From Takakia lepidozioides (taxonomy: Eukaryota > Plantae > Bryophyta), in the NCBI GenBank assembly GCA_030704615.1, contig CM060734.1:60016001-60080000 (forward strand): 64,000 nucleotides of DNA. Reading direction: 5' to 3'. Made by a program: the position numbers and the translations under genes. The notes below the pieces were generated by a model that searched no databases, was not told where the DNA came from, and saw nothing but the letters and a program-made list of their open reading frames with translations. Position 1 is the stretch's first letter; every line of letters begins with the position of its first letter. Below, piece by piece: positions 47,330-59,570 of the stretch.

Positions 47330-47845
47330 ATCCAATGCCTAATGCGCCACCTCTCCCCTGTCCTCCCTCTCAGGCCTCAAAACAGTAAGGCCAATCGTCC
47401 AGTTTGTTGCCAAAAGCCCATGAAATATATCCCTGGCCAGTTGTCTCACAGCCAACAAACCTACAGCATCCATGTAATGGCAGAGCATCACACTTCAGAG
47501 TATAATCTGTTGGTGAGACGCATTTTGCTGTAAACTAGACTTTAGGTTATCATTGAACAAGGCTCGTTCATGTGGTACATCTGTATCTTCGGGCTTCTGG
47601 GGACATCATGCAATTCACTCTCTTCCTTTTGGCCTTCAGACCATTCATTTGCTACAGGCCTTATTGTACAGGGGCATACCTCTGAAAAAATACCGTCTGG
47701 AAGAGTAAGGAGAGGCCAAACAACCACCACTTAGTCCGATGGACACCACAGAAGTAATGAGTAAAAAATGCAGGAGAGTGGAGGGCTCCTCCTTGTAGTC
47801 CACAACCTTCACATCATCCAGTACCTCTGTGTCCTGGAACCTGGA
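47330..47845 (-). pseudogene. DUR3-like C-terminal exon fragment(s), opposite strand to the 39.3 kb exons
   Basis: VVVWPLLTLPDGIFSE resembles the DUR3 C-terminal WPLLSLPA.VFS segment; frameshifted. Confidence 0.5.
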
Positions 47846-47884
47846 AAAGTGGGAGTTCTTTAGTTGGCACATAAATGCCTTCAA

Positions 47885-48335
47885 AATTCAAGAAAAAAAT
47901 CCCCTGCATCAACATGAAAACCCTGGCAGATGGAAAGTAGGTACATGCCCACATTATCCAAAGTGGATTCTAGCCAAACACCTTCATCGGCAACACCCTT
48001 GTCAACATGTATGCCAAGTGTCGGAGCATGGTGGATGCCCAACAAGTGTTTGAGGAGATGCCTGACCGAGATACAGTCACTTGGACAATGCTGATAGCAG
48101 GATGTGTGAAACATGGACATCCCGAAGAGGCCTTAAAAATCTATGAGCAAATGCAATGGGAATGGGTGACCCCGTACAGGGTCACATTCATTTGTGCTCT
48201 CAATGCATGTGCCAGTGTACAAGCCCTGGAAAGAGGCAAGCAGGTCCATGCAGACAATATGAGAGTTGCATATATTAATTTAGAAAATACCCTTGTGGAC
48301 ACATGCAAAATGTGGGAGCATCATAAAGGATGCTA
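47885..48335 (+). pseudogene. PLS PPR fragment
   Basis: NTLVNMYAKCRSMVDAQQVFEEMPDRDTVTWTMLIAG..VTFICALNACAS; frameshifted and truncated. Confidence 0.85.
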
Positions 48336-48499
48336 GTCTGGAGTCTAACCCTCAAGCTCTGGCGGCCATGTCAGGGTTCTAACTGCTGGGCAGCTCTTAC
48401 ACGACAGATTGATGCTTGTAAGAAGGGCTTTCTAGAGGAAATCTGGAAAGCCTAAATGAATTGCTCTATCAAAGTTAAGTCCCACTACTGGAATGTGAA

Positions 48500-48662
48500 A
48501 GGGGTAGTATTTGATCTCCACAGTTTGAGTGGGCCCCTATCAGCAGTTCTGTACATGGGCTTACTCAGTGGTGATGGCTCTTGCCATCATGTTTGCAACC
48601 GGCACTATAGGGTTTCTGACATCCTTCTACTTTGTCTACTATCTCTTCTCCTCCGTGAAGAG
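48500..48662 (+). pseudogene. TM9SF/EMP70 (transmembrane-nine) C-terminal fragment
   Basis: VFDLHSLSGPLSAVLYMG/YSVVMALAIMFATGTIGFLTSFYFVYYLFSSVK with a frameshift. Confidence 0.8.
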
Positions 48663-49312
48663 ACTAGTTGTCAGCAGGTGGGGTTTTTTGGTGGACTTAC
48701 AAAGAGATACAAAATTTACAAATAGATACAAAGAGATACAATATTTACACCAAAATTTGAGATATTACATACTATTCATCCTTGCTGTGATGATCAGACT
48801 GGAGTACTGTACGCACATAGGGAAAATAAACTTTGTTACAAAATCCCTCATAGCCAATTTAGGCAGCTTGCCAAGTTCACTTCCATCCTCCCAACTGAAT
48901 CTCAGGAAAAAATTTGTTGTGTCTTCTTTGCTTCATTAATAGTACAGCTTCAAGCACCCGCAATGTGAACCTGCAATTATCAACATGGGCTTGTGTCAGC
49001 ATGCATCTCTATACTTTGTACGAGTGCTTGCTCATCACAGATTTCATCAAGTGGTCAGGAAATACCTCACTCACGCCAGTAGCGCATCGCACCCTTGAGG
49101 CCGAAATTGTGCGCCCATATGTCTCTCGCGGTCTTGGCCGACTGCCGCACTTTGGCATCGTATTCCATGAAGGCCATATAAGAAACAGACAGGAGACATC
49201 CTCCCAAGCAGAATCTCGTAAACCAGTTGACTGGGGAAGTTGAGGGAAAGTTGAGGGAGGCGTCCTAACTGCACTCCTCACCTGACCTGTCTGATTCCAA
49301 TCCCAATCAAGG

Positions 49313-49535
49313 TGTGGACTCTGCGCCTGTCGCACACTCAGATCTCCCACAGCTTGTGTCTGGACTCTACGCCTGTCGCACACTCAGACCTCCGCAGCTT
49401 GTGTCTGTACTCTGCGCCTGTCGTACACTCACTCAGATCTCCCGCACCTTGTCTGGACTCCGCACCTGTCTCACACTGGCATCTCCCGGACCTTGTGTCT
49501 GGACTCCGCGCCTGTCTCACACTGATCTCACCCGC
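49313..49535. repeat. Minisatellite, about 45 bp x5
   Basis: Unit approximately TGTGTCTGGACTCTGCGCCTGTCGCACACTCAGATCTCCCGCAGCT, read directly. Confidence 0.9.
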
Positions 49536-49641
49536 CACTAGCCTCGTGCTCTGCTTCCACTCGGAGACTTTAGCGCCACAAATTATTACCCGCTCCCCTT
49601 TTTTTATCTCTCCCCTTCTAATCCAGGCCTCCCCAATTGTC

Positions 49642-49823
49642 TTTTTTTTTTTTTTTTAAATTAAAAATTCAAAAAGGAAACACCTGGGAGCGACAGCTCA
49701 CAAATCACTTGATAGAGAGAGGAGAAAATAAACCTCGCCGTAAGGCTTTCTGATGCGACACTGCGCAGGGAAGGGGGAGAAGAGCGTACCACACCTGTCA
49801 AGTAGCAGGATTTTATCCCAAGG
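49642..49823 (-). mobile_element. tRNA-type SINE copy 3 (5'-truncated)
   Basis: Reverse complement matches the SINE body at 33735-33900; the poly(T) at 49642-49657 is its tail. Confidence 0.8.
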
Positions 49824-50347
49824 ATTCGGAAATGGGGAGTCGGTAGTAATCTGGACACACAAGCCGAGAGTCAGTTAAACAGTAAAATGTGAGATGAAGA
49901 GCGACAGAAAGGAATGAGGCTGACCTGTGTGCGTTGAAAGAAGAAATGAGACTGGTAAAGCGGTAACTAGACTGGTAAGCCTGGTTTGCATATGAGCAAA
50001 TATACGTATTTATGACATGCTGAAAGAGTTTAGAACATGCCATCATCTCAATAGCATGAAGAGTTAGAGGTCACTTGAAGGCTTTTCTGTAATTGCAGCA
50101 AGGCTGGTGCTACTTACGAGGCATGCCTCGTGTTTCCTTCAATGCCATCAAAAGGACTTTCCTTACTGCATTGGCAAGAATCACATTAGGATTGGAAGTT
50201 GTCATCAGACACGCAGATGAGAATGGGCTTTAATGCAGCAGCCTGAACTAGACATGGACAGTTTTGGATTAGAGTGAACTTTTGGTGCCTGCACAACATT
50301 GACCACTGATCGATGTGGGAGATCTTGCTTTTCTGCTTGTCTGACAG

Positions 50348-53300
50348 AGTGCAACCCATGAGAAAGCTGTGCAAAAAACCTTCATTCTGAGCCCAATCAA
50401 GGGCAACGTTGACTGGAGTCTGGCAGCTAGGGCTGCTCCTTATTATGTGACGGTGAGTTTAGTTGGAGTTGCAATCTGTGTATTTCTCAAGGCTACCACA
50501 AGCATTCAGTTTCCCTCTCCTTCCTCACTTTTACTTTGTAGTTTCCAGTTATTCATTTATATGCACATCCACTGTGTCTGGATTTGGCAGGTTTTGAAGT
50601 CAAGCATTGACAGAGTGGTCTAGTTCTTCTCAAGCAGAGAAGCCGTCAGTCGAACTGTTGCCCTGGAAACAGCAGCCGCCCTGCAGGTAGGTTTCTTTAT
50701 GTTTGCTGATGTAATGGAAAACCATGGAATTATGGAACAGTGGTTTGCAACACTAGCAGCTTTTTGTTTCTGCTGGTAAAGCTATTGCATTTGCTCTCCT
50801 GCAACTTCTTGCTGTGCCTGAGCCACGGCTTCGAAAATTGTGTGCAGAAACATTTCTAATTCTAGGTTATATTGCCCTCTTATCGTAACTACTGATCTTG
50901 TGAGTTGGAAATCGTATGTAGATGTTGTTGGATGAAGTGTCACAGAATGCACAGCAGCAACTGAATGAAGCTTTGAAGAACAAGCCAAGGTATTATTCTA
51001 GGCCAAATTCAACATAGGAATGTGAAAAAATGTTATTCATTTTCCCAAAAAATTTGAAAAAAAAGTTGGAATACTGTCAATGTGCTACAGAAGGCACCCC
51101 AAACTAGACTTACTGGTGGTGAGATTTCATGAATGTAGAAGGATAGAGCCTATACTGAATTTATTTATTTTGCCAAGAGCTCTTACTTCACTGCCCTCCA
51201 ATTTGTTTCCTTGAACATCATGACGTGCAGCCTTTGAAGAAATGCAAATGTCAATTACTGTAATACGAACTGCATTCATATGGAGCCTCCGCGCAGACTG
51301 CGTGAAGCCTTCAACTGCCAGCAGAATGCACCCATGCTTGGGACTCTCTCTCTGTACCCTATCTGTACTCTCTCTCTCTCTCCTGGTATGCTCGTGTGGA
51401 TACCTTTTTTGAAGGCCATGGACTCTCTATTGCTTCCCTATTGCCAGTGAATCCAGAAGGGGAGGACATCACATCCAAGCATGACCGCAACAGACTCATT
51501 AGGAGAGAGCTTATGGAGCTATATGTCAGGAGATTTTGGAAGTTACCCAACCTCACGACAAGGCTCCATTTCTATAGAGAAACATTCTTAGTTCTCCGAG
51601 ATGATAGAATCTTGCGGCCCAATTACCTTTCGGCAGCTTTATCTCCTTCTCTCCTGAGGGCTTTGGGGCGGTTCAGGGTGGGCTCCCACAACCTACGGAT
51701 AGAGCGGATGGGAAAACCTGCAGCGGGAGGACCGCCTATGTCCAGCTTGCACAGGAAGCAACTGAAGAACCCTGCTTCTTCTATTGCCCTCTATACTATG
51801 AGATCCGCGGGAGATTCCATTGTTTATTCCGTGGAACCCAATCTCTCACTGAAGTCTTTCACTATGAAGATCAGAAATGCTTGGCAGCCTACCTGCACGA
51901 GGCATTCACCCTTAGACAATCACTCGAACAATAGTTCTGATCTCTATCTCTGGTTTCCTGTTTTCTCTTTCATGTTTTTCTTTCCACTTTGTCCCATAAG
52001 CTCTTTGAGCTTTCCGCGGACATTATAAAGCACCATTTCATTTCATTTCATTTCTGTACCATAGTAGCAAATGAGATGGTGAGAGACCAATGATAGAACC
52101 AAAGACTCGAACAAGAATCCGATATAAGGGAGCACCACACATGGTTAAAGAATGGCTACTCAGTGCACTCGGATACAGTCACTACTAGCAAAGTGTTGTG
52201 CCAACAGTTGGTCTTAGTCCTTCGTATTGGCATGAACTGATTGGAGTTACCTGATTTGACATTGATAAGCACAGTAATTCATGCGATGCTCTGATTCTGA
52301 CTCATACCTCCTGAGCTTGAAGAATTGACAGATCTGGAATGGAAACCAGGGTTGATCTGTGTAGGGCTAAAGCATGATTTGATTTTCACATGATACAGGT
52401 GCTTTGCATGTTGTTGCTAGTGCTAAGTAACATTTATCTACCTGTGATGGAAAGACGACAGAAACTCAGTAAGTTTGTACCCCTCTGAAGGGAACTGATA
52501 GAGTCGACGGTGACTCCTATTCAAGATTGTTTAGTTGTCCTATTCCCTGCGTATCTGCAATTCAAGGCTTTAGTCTTCTGTCTTTGTCTGTTGTCCGTTG
52601 TTTGATGTTGACACCTGGCTCTCTATTGATCTTCTGTTTCATCTTTAATATAGCATTCATTCTTGCCTTGGGTGGTCTGTCTTGTTCCCAATTGGTTATG
52701 TTTCTAATGTAAGCCTGGAGTTCTCTGCTTTCTCATACAGCTATATATTTGTCTACATCTGATGGAGTGATTTGGCAGGTTTTCACTTGACCTGGACATT
52801 GCTGCACCCAAAATTACCATTCCCACATAGTTCTATCCGGATGGCAAGCATCAGTGCAAACTCCTGCTTGACTTGGGTTATTTCAACCTGCAAACAGAAC
52901 AGGTAGGAATTCCCCGTCTGTCTCATATTGCTCCAGTTTCCCTCCATTCTCGGCATTTAGTGACGTTTGGTTGGTGTATGAGTAAAGTCCTGCTTGACTT
53001 CAACCTCCAAAGAGAATGGGTGGGAATTGCTGTTATAACTTATGTTGCTACTTCTCCATCCATTGTCCAATCGAGCAATCTTGTGGTCAGTAGTAAACAG
53101 TTTGTGCAATTCATTTGGCCTCTGTTTAGGTTGTCAAATTCTCATGCAGATGTGGGAGGGAAGGGTGGTAATGTCATGCATATGATATGTTTCTTGGATG
53201 GTGAAGGGGGAAGGTACATCACCACAGGAGATGGAGGTGTACATGCGCTTCCGTGTTTGGTTGAGTGATGTTTCAGCATTTCTTGTTGATGGAGATTTTG

Positions 53301-53710
53301 ACTGGAATAAGCAGTACATTGTGGACGAGTCAAATCAAAAGCTTCGACCTGAACACGAAGAAGTCAAAATCCAAAGGGAAAAGGATGTGGCTCAAAGTGA
53401 CAAGTTTGGGGGAAGTGGTGAAGAGATTGAAGGTAGTGGCAAAGAATGCAAACAGAAGGGTGAAACAATCAACAAGGATGGCAGGAAAGCTGAGGATGAG
53501 ACAAATGAAGCTGAAGTAGATATTGAGAAGAGTTGAGTGAATGGTGAAGAGGAGGAGAAGAGTGCAGAAAGAGCTGACAAGAAATGGAGAGGGGAAGGTG
53601 ATACTGTCTACAACAAGTGTGAAAACGGCACAGAGGATACAAGTTCTCGGGATGGTTTCTGCTTTTGGCCAGTGCTTGAAAAGACTGGGGTGGTGGTTTC
53701 ATTTCAACAG
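50348..53710 (+). pseudogene. VPS13: VPS13 internal exons with premature stops
   Basis: Exons ~50348-50452, 50591-50686 (SIDRVV*FF..VALETAAALQ), 52779-52902 (FSLDLDIAAPKITIPT*F..LLLDLG) and ~53190-53710 (LSDVSAFLVDGDFDW..FWPVLEKTGV). Stops at 50621, 52828 and 53534. Confidence 0.8.
51381..52054 (+). mobile_element. 5'-truncated LINE family 2 copy in a VPS13 intron
   Basis: RFRVGSHNLRIE, 3' hairpin and (CATTT)4 tail; begins directly after a (CT)n tract. Confidence 0.9.
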
Positions 53711-53819
53711 GTAACATTTGATTGTGAAACCATTTTGTTCTCCTTTCAACCTCATTCTCGTTTTTCTCACTATCTTGTGTTTTGTAGCAGTTTTTTGGTC
53801 TGCTCAGTTTTTTCTGGCT

Positions 53820-55620
53820 CTGGTTTTGTTTCCTCTTTCATGTTTTTTTTCCATTTTGTCCCATAAGCTCTTTGAGCTTTCCGTGGACGTTAAAGTATTC
53901 CATTTCATTTCATGTAGTTTGACTGTCTCATACACCTCCTGTGGATTGAATAAAGTTGAAGAGATTGGTCAGGAGATCGCAGATGCAGATAAGTTTCTCT
54001 GAGATCAGAAATGCTTGGCAGCCTACCTGCACGAGGCATTCACCCAAACAATAGTTCTTATCTCTGACTCCGGTTTCCTGTTTTCTCTCATGTTTTTCTT
54101 TCCATTTTGTCCCATAAGCTCTATGAGCTTTCCGCGGACGTTATAAAGCACTATTTCATTTCATTTCATTTCTGTTTTTTCCCCTTTCCTTTTTCCCACG
54201 AGCTTTGAGCTTCTTGTGGACAGTATGAAGTCTCTTTCGTCCCATTCCTCTGTGGAGGCCTTCAGCTTTGAAGATCTGTAGTGTCTTGCGGCCTATCTGC
54301 TTGGGGCCTTTGGTCTTAGGGCATCAGTGATGTATCCAGAAATGCTCATTTCTTTGTTCCACCGCGTCCCATGGGCCCTCTGTGGATGTTATTAAGGTAA
54401 TTGAAGGCGATGAATATTTCTTCTTTCACTGTTCTCTCTGTGGACACTATAAAGCACCATTTCATTTCATTTCTCTACTATGAGATCTGTATGATTCTTG
54501 TCTTTTCCGATACACCCAATCTCTCACAGACGTCTTCCGGATCGTAAATGCTCGGTGGCATATCTGCATGAGTCATTGACTCTTAGACGATCCCTTTAAT
54601 GAGAAAAATCCCATGTCATTTCATTTCATTTCTTCTATTATGAGACTGAGGACGATACTATTACCCATTCCAGGACAGCCAATCCCTTTATGAGGTCTTC
54701 CATTACGAATCTCAGAATTGCATCTACATGAGGCTTTCCATCTTAGAGAATCTCTTGGTGAATAGTGGTTTCTGGGCTGCTTGTTGAGGGTCCCACTTTC
54801 GCACTTGTATCCTGCTTTATTTTGTCCCATCAGCTCTTTGAGCCTTCCCTGGACGGCATAAAATCTCTTTGAGCTTTCTGAGGACGTCATGAAGCACCAT
54901 TTCATTTCATTTCCTTAGATTATATCTGACTTTTATATACATAATAATCATTTCAGCTTTCAGGCTAAATGCAAACTAATACATGTGGGCCACGCCCCTC
55001 ACCAAGAAGTTACAGTCGTCACCCCTGCTGCCACTTATGGCTGTGATTTCTGGTCACCTGTAACCTTGTAAGAACAAATGTAAGCCGGAAGATGGCCTCG
55101 GTTAGAAGCGGAATGCATCGAAATTCCACACATAGAATTTGTGATGGTGTTGTACAAGCACTCCTTCGAGGAAGGAGGATTGCAGCAGTTCCAAATTTCT
55201 TTCCCCACAGGAAACTGGGACACCAGGACATGGAACCAGCCAACCTTAAAGCTGCAGTTAAACTGGGAGACGTGTATTCTTGGTCATCCGTGAAGATAGA
55301 ATCTTGCAGGCCAATTACCTGTCTGCAGCTCTATCTCCCTCCCTTTTAGGGCAGTGGGGAGGTTCAGGATGGGCTCCCACAGTCTGGATAGAATGTCCCC
55401 ATAAGACTTTGTTTGCATTAGCCTTGTGGCCATGTGGATAGAGACCGGTAGATGAGACAACTTGCAACGTGAGGACACAATTCTTCTTTCACTGCCCTTT
55501 TTACTATATCTGTGGGGGATCGAATTGCCTATTCCTTCATACCCAATCTCTTATGGAGGTCCTCCATTAGGAGGATCAGAAATGCTTGGCAGCTTATCTG
55601 CATGAGGCATTAACTCTCAT
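53820..55620 (+). repeat. Cluster of stacked LINE family 2 3' ends
   Basis: Tail or 3'-end pieces end near 53911, 54172, 54240, 54473, 54632 and 54912; further pieces at 55270-55620 and an inverted piece at about 55040-55250. Confidence 0.75.
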
Positions 55621-55699
55621 TAACGCCTGCGCACCAGCGCCGCTTCCACCATGCACTCGTCCAAACGTCAAAGGACGGTCAACGAGGAGGGGGGCTCGT

Positions 55700-58093
55700 C
55701 CTCACCCTCCCCTAACCCAACTCCTAGATATCCATTCCTCTCCACATTCCAAAAACCTAGCTCTCAAGCACTATAAGTCTCTCATTAGATCCACAAAGAG
55801 AGCCTACACTCTCAAGCTGCAATCTACTTTCCTTGCAAAATTTCAGATTTTCCCATCATTCTTTTTGGTCCCTCCTTAAACGTCACAGAGGCCCACCTGC
55901 GATCACTGACATCCACGTCTGGCATGAGTATGCCAAGTCATTGTATCATTCCCCAAGCCAAACTCCCTCTCCTATAACCTCTTAAGCCACTACACTTCTC
56001 TCTCTCGATCAATCACTCGGACAATAGTTCTTATCTCTATCTCTGGTTTCCTGTTTTCTCTTTCATGTTTTTCTTTCCATTTTGTCCCATAAGCTCTATG
56101 AGCTTTCCGCGGACGTTTTAAAGCACCATTTCATTTCATTTCATTTCTCTTTACTACAGCCAACATTAGCAAGGCAATCAAGAAGCTGCAAATGGCAAGG
56201 CATTGGATATTTCAGGGCTACAGGGTGAATTCATCAAGCATGGGGCACCCACTTTGGCCCCGTTTATAGCCCACCTCTTCAATGAGGCAGTGCAACATGG
56301 CTTTCCAACAGAGTGGACAAAGAGCATCATCCACCCCCTCTTCAAGAGCGGTGACAGGCTCGCACCGGCCAACTATCGCACAATTATGGTGTCATCGTTA
56401 GTGGCTAAGCTGTTTGGGGCAGTAGTGGCCATGGAGTTGGATGATTGGGCCGAATCCTCTCACATAAGTGCTAAGGACAATTGGTTGCAACAGATCCACT
56501 CTTGACCACAATTTCACTCTCCAGGTTATAGTGGAACGTGCTAGCTTTGACAAAAAAACTGGTCTATGTCTGCTTCGTGGACTTCCACAAGGCTTTTGAT
56601 TCGGTTCCTCGCGACCTTCTCTTCCGACGGCTCCATAGGGTGGGAGTCCCTCAGGACATTCTCTGTGCCATTTCCTCCATGTATGAGATCGCCACTGGCA
56701 TGGTCAATGTCGCAGGGGAATTCTCAGCTGAGGTCCATAGCAACATTGGGGTCAAACAGGGCTGCCCTTCTCACCTACCCTGTTCGGAATCTACATTGAC
56801 GCCTTGGAAGTTTACATCTTCAAAACCATGGAGTTGGTGTGCCATTGGATGGAGGACCAACACAATCAAATCTCCTCTACGCGGATGATGTTGCCCTTTT
56901 GGCACAATCTCCTGTCTTCCTGCAACGCCATCTCCACATCCTGGAACAGTTCTCCAAAGACTATGGGCTGCAAGTCAACCTTAGCAAAACCAAGATCATG
57001 GTTTTCAATGGGCAGGCCGACCGCAGATTCTTCCACAACAAAGATAGTCAAATCGTCCCGGTATCTGGGTCTGGTTATCCACTCCCCCAAATTCCAGTTT
57101 GCAGCAACTGCCCTGGACAGATTGACAAAAGGCAGGGCAGCCTCCATCTGCCTTCAGGCCAAATGCAAACAGATACACCTGCACTATCCACCGACCAAGA
57201 AGTGGCTGTTTGACAGCGTTGTCACCCGACTTTTGGTTGTGAATTCTGGGCACCTGCAGTCCCAGTTCCTGGTGGGAAAAGAATATGGAACCATTGCAGT
57301 TATCTTTCCTCCAAGCAATGCCAGAGGCACAACTCCATCTCACATACTGAGTGCAGAATTCGCATGCGTGCCACTGCAAACTGAGGCCCTTTTCCAGCTT
57401 ACAATTTTCATGCATAGGTTACAAGCCCTTCCCCCCAAGGGGCTTGTGGCGAAGAGCCCTCGCAACATCTATTAGGCTCAAAAATGCAGGTTTCAAACAA
57501 TCCTGGTATGCTCATGTGGATACCTTTTTTGAACGCCATGGACTCTCTATTGCTTCACTATTGCCAGTGAATCCAGAAGGGGTGGACATCACATCCAAGC
57601 ATGACCGCAACACACTCATTAGAAGGGAGCTTATGGAACTACATGTCCAGAGAACTTGGAAGCTACCCATCCTCACGACAAAGCTCCATTTCTATTGAGA
57701 AACATTCTTGGTTCTCCGATATGATAGAATCTTGCGGCCCAATTACCTTTCGGCCTCTTTATCTCCTCTCTTGAGGGGTTCAGGGTGGGCAGATGGGAAA
57801 ACCTGCAGCGGAAGGACCGCCTATGTCCAGCTTGCACAGGGCAGGAAATTGAAACTGAAGAACACTTCTTCTATCGCCCTCTATACTATGAGATCCGTGG
57901 GAGATTCCACTGTCTATTTCATGGAACCCAATCTCTCACTGAAGTCTTTCACTATGAAGATCAGAAATGCTTGGCAGCTTACCTGCACGAGGCACTCACC
58001 CTTAGACAATCACTCGAACATTAGTTCTTATCTCTGGCTCTCGTTTCCTGTTTCCAATCTCATGTTTTCTTTCCATTTTGTCCCATAAGCTCT
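55700..58093 (+). mobile_element. Longest LINE family 2 (RTEX-like) copy, with a same-family tail inserted at ~56008-56146
   Basis: ANYRTIMV, CFVDFHKAFDSVPR, GVKQGCP, LLYADDVAL and RLCPAC; frameshifted; tail cut within the hairpin. Confidence 0.9.
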
Positions 58094-59129
58094 AGGGTAG
58101 AAGCACTCTTCATGGCGCAGGAAAATGGGTAAATGTAAGAACTTTTTGTGCTTTTAACCTATGAGATCATGTAATACGTTAACAGAAAGCTCTTAAGATA
58201 ACACAACTTTTCTTAGTTGAAAGTTAAACGAGATTCTGACTTTATCTGCTATTAAAAGTGGGTAGAAGTAGAGGATGTCAATGTCAGCCTATGGCGCACC
58301 TTGTTCCTACCATGACTAATTCATATCTCATTAATATCTTTTCTGCCAAACTCGCAGTACTCTGCTGGCAAACTGCAAGCTGGTCCTACCTCCAGTAGCA
58401 ATTCAACAATCAGTTTCTGCTCAGAAAAAATTGAAATCCTTTGCCTCCACCAGCAGCAGGACCTATTAATGTGCACTCATTTATTGAGTGAGAGAATGAC
58501 CCTCAACACACCTTAGAAGGAAGGTTGCTTTTGTCAGACTTGGCAAACCTGAACATTCTCCAGATGAAATTCTTAAGAGCTACTGCAGCTACGACGTCTA
58601 TTGTATGTTATATGCACCTACAATACCAAATGGAGCCCTATCTATATTAACAACTTTCTCTTTAGGACTATACCAAATATGCTGACATAATTCCAAAGCT
58701 TTTGCCTAACAATAAACGTCTATCAAGAAATTTTCGTCAGGAGATTTCACAATAAATGATCAACCTATTTCGAATTCCACGCCGACTTTCCACATAGAGA
58801 TTGTCACAAAAAGATGTGTCAGGGTTAACTGAGGCCTTGCAAAGAGAGAGTTCAGGAAGATCCATAGCTCTGGACAATTGCTCCACTGTGACCACAAGCA
58901 CCAAACAACCAATGCCTTCCTCCACTCTGGCAATAAACTTCACTAAAAATAATTGGACTGAAATAATTACTTTGACATCATATCACATTTTGGTCCATAC
59001 TTTTAATTCAAAATCTCTACAGTGGCGTGATATCGTCAGCTTATGCTGCAAAGATTTGAAGTCAAATTCAATAAAAACTTAGAACCGAAGGAATGAGATG
59101 CCAAAAGAGAAGGAATGAACTCAAATAGG

Positions 59130-59570
59130 TGAAGAACTTTCATTTTGAGAGCTGTGCGTACTTTCTTAACTAAAAACACACTAAGAAAGTACGCACAGTA
59201 CGTACAAGGCTTCTTAAGAGGAACCGAAAATTCTTAAGCCTTAAGAGCCATGGGAATTTTCGGTTCCTCTTAAGAACTTTCATTTTAAGCTGTGTTTAAG
59301 TTGTCAACAAGGCGATACACGGAGCCCCCGCCATTGTTTTATTGATATGAAGTGTAACATGTGCCCAACTGGGAGCTAAAAACTTTCATGTTCCCATTAA
59401 GTCTCATGGGAACAACCCATGATATAAGGTTAAGGTCACTTTGGCCAACTTGATGCGTAGTCCCCGGAAGTGTAAGATGTGCCCAACTGGGAACTAAAAA
59501 AATTCATGTTCCTATTAAGTCATGGGAACAACCCATGATCAAGTTGGCAAAAGTGACCTTAACCTTAAAT
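59130..59570. repeat. Complex of perfect hairpins with direct and inverted repeats
   Basis: 17-bp arms 59152-59168 / 59182-59198; ~23-bp arms 59211-59233 / 59253-59276; ~70-bp direct repeat 59353-59423 / 59470-59539; ~28-bp inverted repeat 59427-59454 / 59538-59566. Confidence 0.9.

Noticed and set aside
49313-49535. CRISPR-like array
   Set aside because: The units are contiguous with no unique spacers, and the context is eukaryotic.
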